From: an uncultured Actinomycetota bacterium
GTDB taxonomy: Bacteria; Actinomycetota; Actinomycetes; Mycobacteriales; Micromonosporaceae
Direction of reading: 5' to 3'
Length of the DNA stretch: 64,000 nt
Assembly: GCA_963742715.1 (NCBI GenBank)
Contig: CAVUMR010000003.1
Span: forward strand, 320,314-384,313
Each line of letters starts with the position of its first letter. The stretch's first letter is position 1. The notes beneath the pieces are model-generated. The model ran no database searches. It saw only the letters and a program-made list of their open reading frames with translations, and was not told the DNA's origin. Made by a program: the position numbers and the translations under genes. Shown one piece after another: positions 61,185 to 64,000 of this stretch.

Positions 61185-62423
61185 TCAGCGGCTGCCGAAC
61201 CGGAGCTGGAAGCCGCCCGCCCGCAGCGCCGTGACGAGCTGGTCGGAGTGTTCCGCGCCGCGCGTCTCCACCGACAGGACCACCTCGACCTCGCCCATCC
61301 GCAGTTGCGGATCGCGTCGCTGGTGCAGCACGTCCACCACGTTGCCGCCGCGCTCGGCAACCATGGTCAGCAGCGAGCACAGCTGTCCCGGCCGGTCGGC
61401 GAAGCGGACGGTGAAGCGGACGTACCGACCGGCCGCCGCGAGCCCGTGCTCGATCACCTTGCCCAGCAGCAGCGGATCGATGTTGCCGCCGGAGAGCAGC
61501 GCCACCACCGGCGGCCGGAACGCCACCTCGCCGGCGAGGATCGCGGCGACCCCGGCCGCACCCGCCGGCTCGACCAGCATCTTGCTCCGCTCCAGCAGGA
61601 GCAGCAGGGCCCGGGAGATGTCCTCGTCCGACACCGTGATCACGTCGTCCACCAGGCGGCTGACGTGCTGGTACGTGAGGTCACCGGGGCGACCGACGGC
61701 CATCCCGTCGGCGATGGTCGAGTAGCTGGGCAGTCGTACCGGCTCACCGGCGCGCAGGGACGGCGGGAACGCGGCCGCACCGGCGGCCTGTACGCCGTAC
61801 ACCTCGACGTCGGGTCGCAGCGCCTTCGCCGCCACGGCCACGCCGGACACCAGCCCGCCGCCACCGACGCCGACCAGGATCGTGCCCACCTCCGGGCACT
61901 GCTCGAGGATCTCCAGCGCCACCGTGCCCTGCCCGGCGATCACGTCCGGGTGGTCGAACGGGTGGATGACCACCGCGCCGGTACGCCCGGCGAACTCCTC
62001 CGCGGCCACCAGCGACTCGTCGACGGTGTCCCCGACCAGCTCGACCTGCGCGCCGTACCCCCGGGTCGCGACGACCTTGGGCAACGGTGCCGCGGCCGGC
62101 ATGAACACGGTCGACTTGATGCCCAGCAGCTCGCTCGCCAGCGCCACCCCCTGCGCGTGGTTGCCCGCGCTCGCGGCCACCACGCCCCGGGCGCGCTCCG
62201 CCGGAGAGAGTCGGGCGATCCGGACATACGCTCCACGGACCTTGAAAGAGCCGGCACGCTGCAGGTTCTCGCACTTGATGTACACCTGGCCGCCGAGCCG
62301 GTCGCTGAGCGGCCGGGCCGGCTCGAGCGGCGTGGCCCGGACGACGCCGGTGAGCAGCTCGCGAGCTGCCCGCACGTCCTGGAGCGTCACCAGCGACGTT
62401 GCTGGTGGGGCTGCTGATCCCAT
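61185..62423 (-). CDS. ilvA: threonine ammonia-lyase (short form with one ACT-like domain)
   Basis: ATG 62423. PLP-binding lysine motif (NLQRAGSFKVRGA), SAGNHAQG and GGGGL. C-terminal regulatory domain (RFTVRFADRPGQL). Confidence 0.9.
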   Translation of the reverse strand: MGSAAPPATSLVTLQDVRAARELLTGVVRATPLEPARPLSDRLGGQVYIKCENLQRAGSFKVRGAYVRIARLSPAERARGVVAASAGNHAQGVALASELLGIKSTVFMPAAAPLPKVVATRGYGAQVELVGDTVDESLVAAEEFAGRTGAVVIHPFDHPDVIAGQGTVALEILEQCPEVGTILVGVGGGGLVSGVAVAAKALRPDVEVYGVQAAGAAAFPPSLRAGEPVRLPSYSTIADGMAVGRPGDLTYQHVSRLVDDVITVSDEDISRALLLLLERSKMLVEPAGAAGVAAILAGEVAFRPPVVALLSGGNIDPLLLGKVIEHGLAAAGRYVRFTVRFADRPGQLCSLLTMVAERGGNVVDVLHQRRDPQLRMGEVEVVLSVETRGAEHSDQLVTALRAGGFQLRFGSR

Positions 62424-62550
62424 GGGGCGATCGTGCCACCCCCGGGAACCCCGCGCTGCCTCGACTTCACCCGGCACGCCGACGGGTACACCGGGTGACG
62501 AGCGACGGGAATCGGCCGTGCCGCCCCGGCGCGGCTGGGACGATCGGACC

Positions 62551-63030
62551 ATGGTGCTCCAGGTTGCGGTGATCGGCCCGGCCGAGGCCTCGGACGAGCT
62601 TCGCGAACTCGGCTACTCGGTGGGCAAGGCACTTGCCCACCGCGGCGCCACGGTCGTGTGTGGCGGTGGACGCGGGGTGATGGCGGCCGCGGCCGCCGGC
62701 GCCCGCTCGGCCGGCGGGGTCAGCGTCGGGGTACTGCCCGGCGACGACCCGGCCTGCGGCAACCAGTACCTCACCGTCGTGGTGGCCACCGGCATGGGTG
62801 AGGCGCGCAACGCGGTGGTGGTCCGCTCCGGTGCCGCGGTGATCGCGATCGGCGGTAGCTGGGGCACGCTGTCCGAGCTGGCGCTCGCCCGGAAGATGGG
62901 CAAGCGGGTGGTGAACCTGCGCGGCTGGCGGTTGGCCGGCGCGGACGGGCGCCCGGTGGACGACGAGCTGTTGCAGGCCGACACCGCCGAGCAGGCGGTC
63001 GAACTGGCGCTCGGACCGCCGACCACCTGA
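62551..63030 (+). CDS. TIGR00725-like / LOG-SLOG-fold Rossmann protein
   Basis: ATG 62551. VAVIGPAEAS..., VVCGGGRGVMAAAAAGA..GG.SVGVLPG and IAIGGSWGTLSELA resemble the LOG/TIGR00725 family pattern from memory. Confidence 0.7.
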   Translation: MVLQVAVIGPAEASDELRELGYSVGKALAHRGATVVCGGGRGVMAAAAAGARSAGGVSVGVLPGDDPACGNQYLTVVVATGMGEARNAVVVRSGAAVIAIGGSWGTLSELALARKMGKRVVNLRGWRLAGADGRPVDDELLQADTAEQAVELALGPPTT

Positions 63031-63066
63031 TCCCCGTACGAGGCCGCGGTTCCGTACCCTGACGCC

Positions 63067-63648
63067 ATGCACAAGTTCCTTGTCACGCTGCACGTGTTGA
63101 CCGCGATCTTCATCATCGGCCCGTTGGTCGCCGCGCCGATGACCGCGCTGCGCGCGGTCCGGCACCGGGACGCGTCCGTACTGCGCGACCACACCCGACA
63201 GACGCTGTTCTACGGGCTCGGCTCGCTCGCCGTGTTCCTGTTCGGACTCGCGATCATCCCGACCAGTTCCCGGTACGACTTCGGGAGCACCTGGATCACG
63301 ATCTCGATGACGCTGTACATCATCGCGATCGTGTTGATCCTGGCCGTGCTGGTACCGACCATGCGGCGGATCGGCGCGATCCTCGGGTCCGGTGTACTCG
63401 GCCCGGACGCGGCTGCCGGGCGGGCCACGCCGGTCGCCACCGAACCCGCCGGAGAAACCGCTGGGACGACCGCCCAGCCGGCCGACGGTACGGCCGGCGA
63501 GCCGACCAGCGTGACCGCGACCGGGGCCGACTTCGCCGCCAAGGCCCGGCTGGACTCGGCGTACGGCCGGATCGCCATGGTGAGCGGGCTGGTGAGCCTG
63601 CTGTTCGTGGTGATCGCGATCTTCATGGTGGTCAAGCCGTTCAGCTGA
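63067..63648 (+). CDS. integral membrane protein (4 predicted TM helices; DUF2269-like)
   Basis: MHKFLVTLHVLTAIFIIGPLV..., three further hydrophobic helices and an Ala/Thr/Gly-rich loop. The family name is from memory only. Confidence 0.6.
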   Translation: MHKFLVTLHVLTAIFIIGPLVAAPMTALRAVRHRDASVLRDHTRQTLFYGLGSLAVFLFGLAIIPTSSRYDFGSTWITISMTLYIIAIVLILAVLVPTMRRIGAILGSGVLGPDAAAGRATPVATEPAGETAGTTAQPADGTAGEPTSVTATGADFAAKARLDSAYGRIAMVSGLVSLLFVVIAIFMVVKPFS

Positions 63649-63666
63649 CCGGGACGGCCGGGCCGG

Positions 63667-64000
63667 TCACGCCGTCTGGCTGATGCTCCGCGCATCGTCC
63701 GGGCGTGGCCAGCCCGGGGCCAGCCGCCGCCACGGCAGCGCCGATTCGATGTGCGCGGCCACGGCCAGCAGCAGCCACTCGCTGCCGGGCGGCCCGACCA
63801 ACTGAACCGCGGCCGGCAGGCCGTCCCGGCGCGCTCCGGCCGGTACTGCCATCGCCGGCAGCCCGGCCAGATTCCACGGCGCCGCGTACGGCGCGTACCG
63901 CACGCTGGCGAGCAGGTTGGCCAACCAGCCGCGTTGCGACCAGGCGATCGCCCGCGGCGGTGCGGTGGCCAGGGCCGGCGTCACGAGTACGTCGATCCCG
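63667..64000 (-). CDS. amidase-signature family protein, C-terminal fragment (gene runs off the right edge)
   Basis: ...PWNLAGLPAMAVPAG...GLPAAVQLVGPPGSEWLLLAVAAHIE is the typical C-terminal region of AS-family amidases. The frame stays open to the window end. Confidence 0.7.
   Translation of the reverse strand, partial: GIDVLVTPALATAPPRAIAWSQRGWLANLLASVRYAPYAAPWNLAGLPAMAVPAGARRDGLPAAVQLVGPPGSEWLLLAVAAHIESALPWRRLAPGWPRPDDARSISQTA

Overview
Very GC-rich (by eye about 70% or more), gene-dense chromosomal segment of an actinomycete (Actinomycetota). I can support about 55 protein-coding genes. I saw no rRNA, tRNA, CRISPR array, transposase or integrase. From memory, the backbone is syntenic with the Mycobacterium tuberculosis Rv1080c-Rv1112 core region (greA, DUF4307, mca, small membrane protein, YyaL/Rv1084-like, Rv1086-like Z-prenyl transferase, phoH2, glpX, DUF4245, xseB/xseA, ispH, ychF), interrupted by lineage-specific blocks. 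Left to right: a peptide ABC importer operon (two SBPs, two permeases, and a fused double ATPase with two compensating frameshifts); pterin dehydratase; a TldD/PmbA pair; an Sdh1-type succinate dehydrogenase operon; DUF1990; NUDIX; a degenerate second PCD-like gene; an IPT/Ig-repeat surface protein; ychF; ada-alkA/ogt; a heterodimeric ABC exporter; a GAF-PP2C-kinase partner-switching protein with its STAS antagonist; frameshifted valS; rmuC; ispH; xseAB; glpX; a PfkB kinase; a rhomboid protease; a secreted transglycosylase behind a long structured leader; phoH2; a prenyl transferase; a secreted metalloprotease; pckG; an AsnB-like/CofE-like fusion of unknown function; YyaL; a membrane GGDEF-EAL protein; mca; greA; ilvA; a TIGR00725-like protein; and an amidase fragment. 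Most worth a second look: (1) the AsnB-like protein that has lost both catalytic motifs, is fused to a CofE/FbiB-like domain and sits behind a palindrome-rich leader; (2) the self-contained phosphatase/kinase/STAS module with an unrecognised about 330-aa N-terminal domain; (3) a possible ydaO-type leader in front of the transglycosylase gene; (4) indels that break valS and the ABC ATPase; (5) tandem duplications that span the stop codons of rmuC and the pmbA-like gene. Short in-frame tandem repeats are unusually frequent (valS, PP2C protein, xseA, a Gly/Asp-tailed membrane protein). I chose all start codons myself from in-frame motifs, SD sequences, third-position GC and neighbour overlaps. 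No database or HMM search was possible, so family names are recognition from memory.
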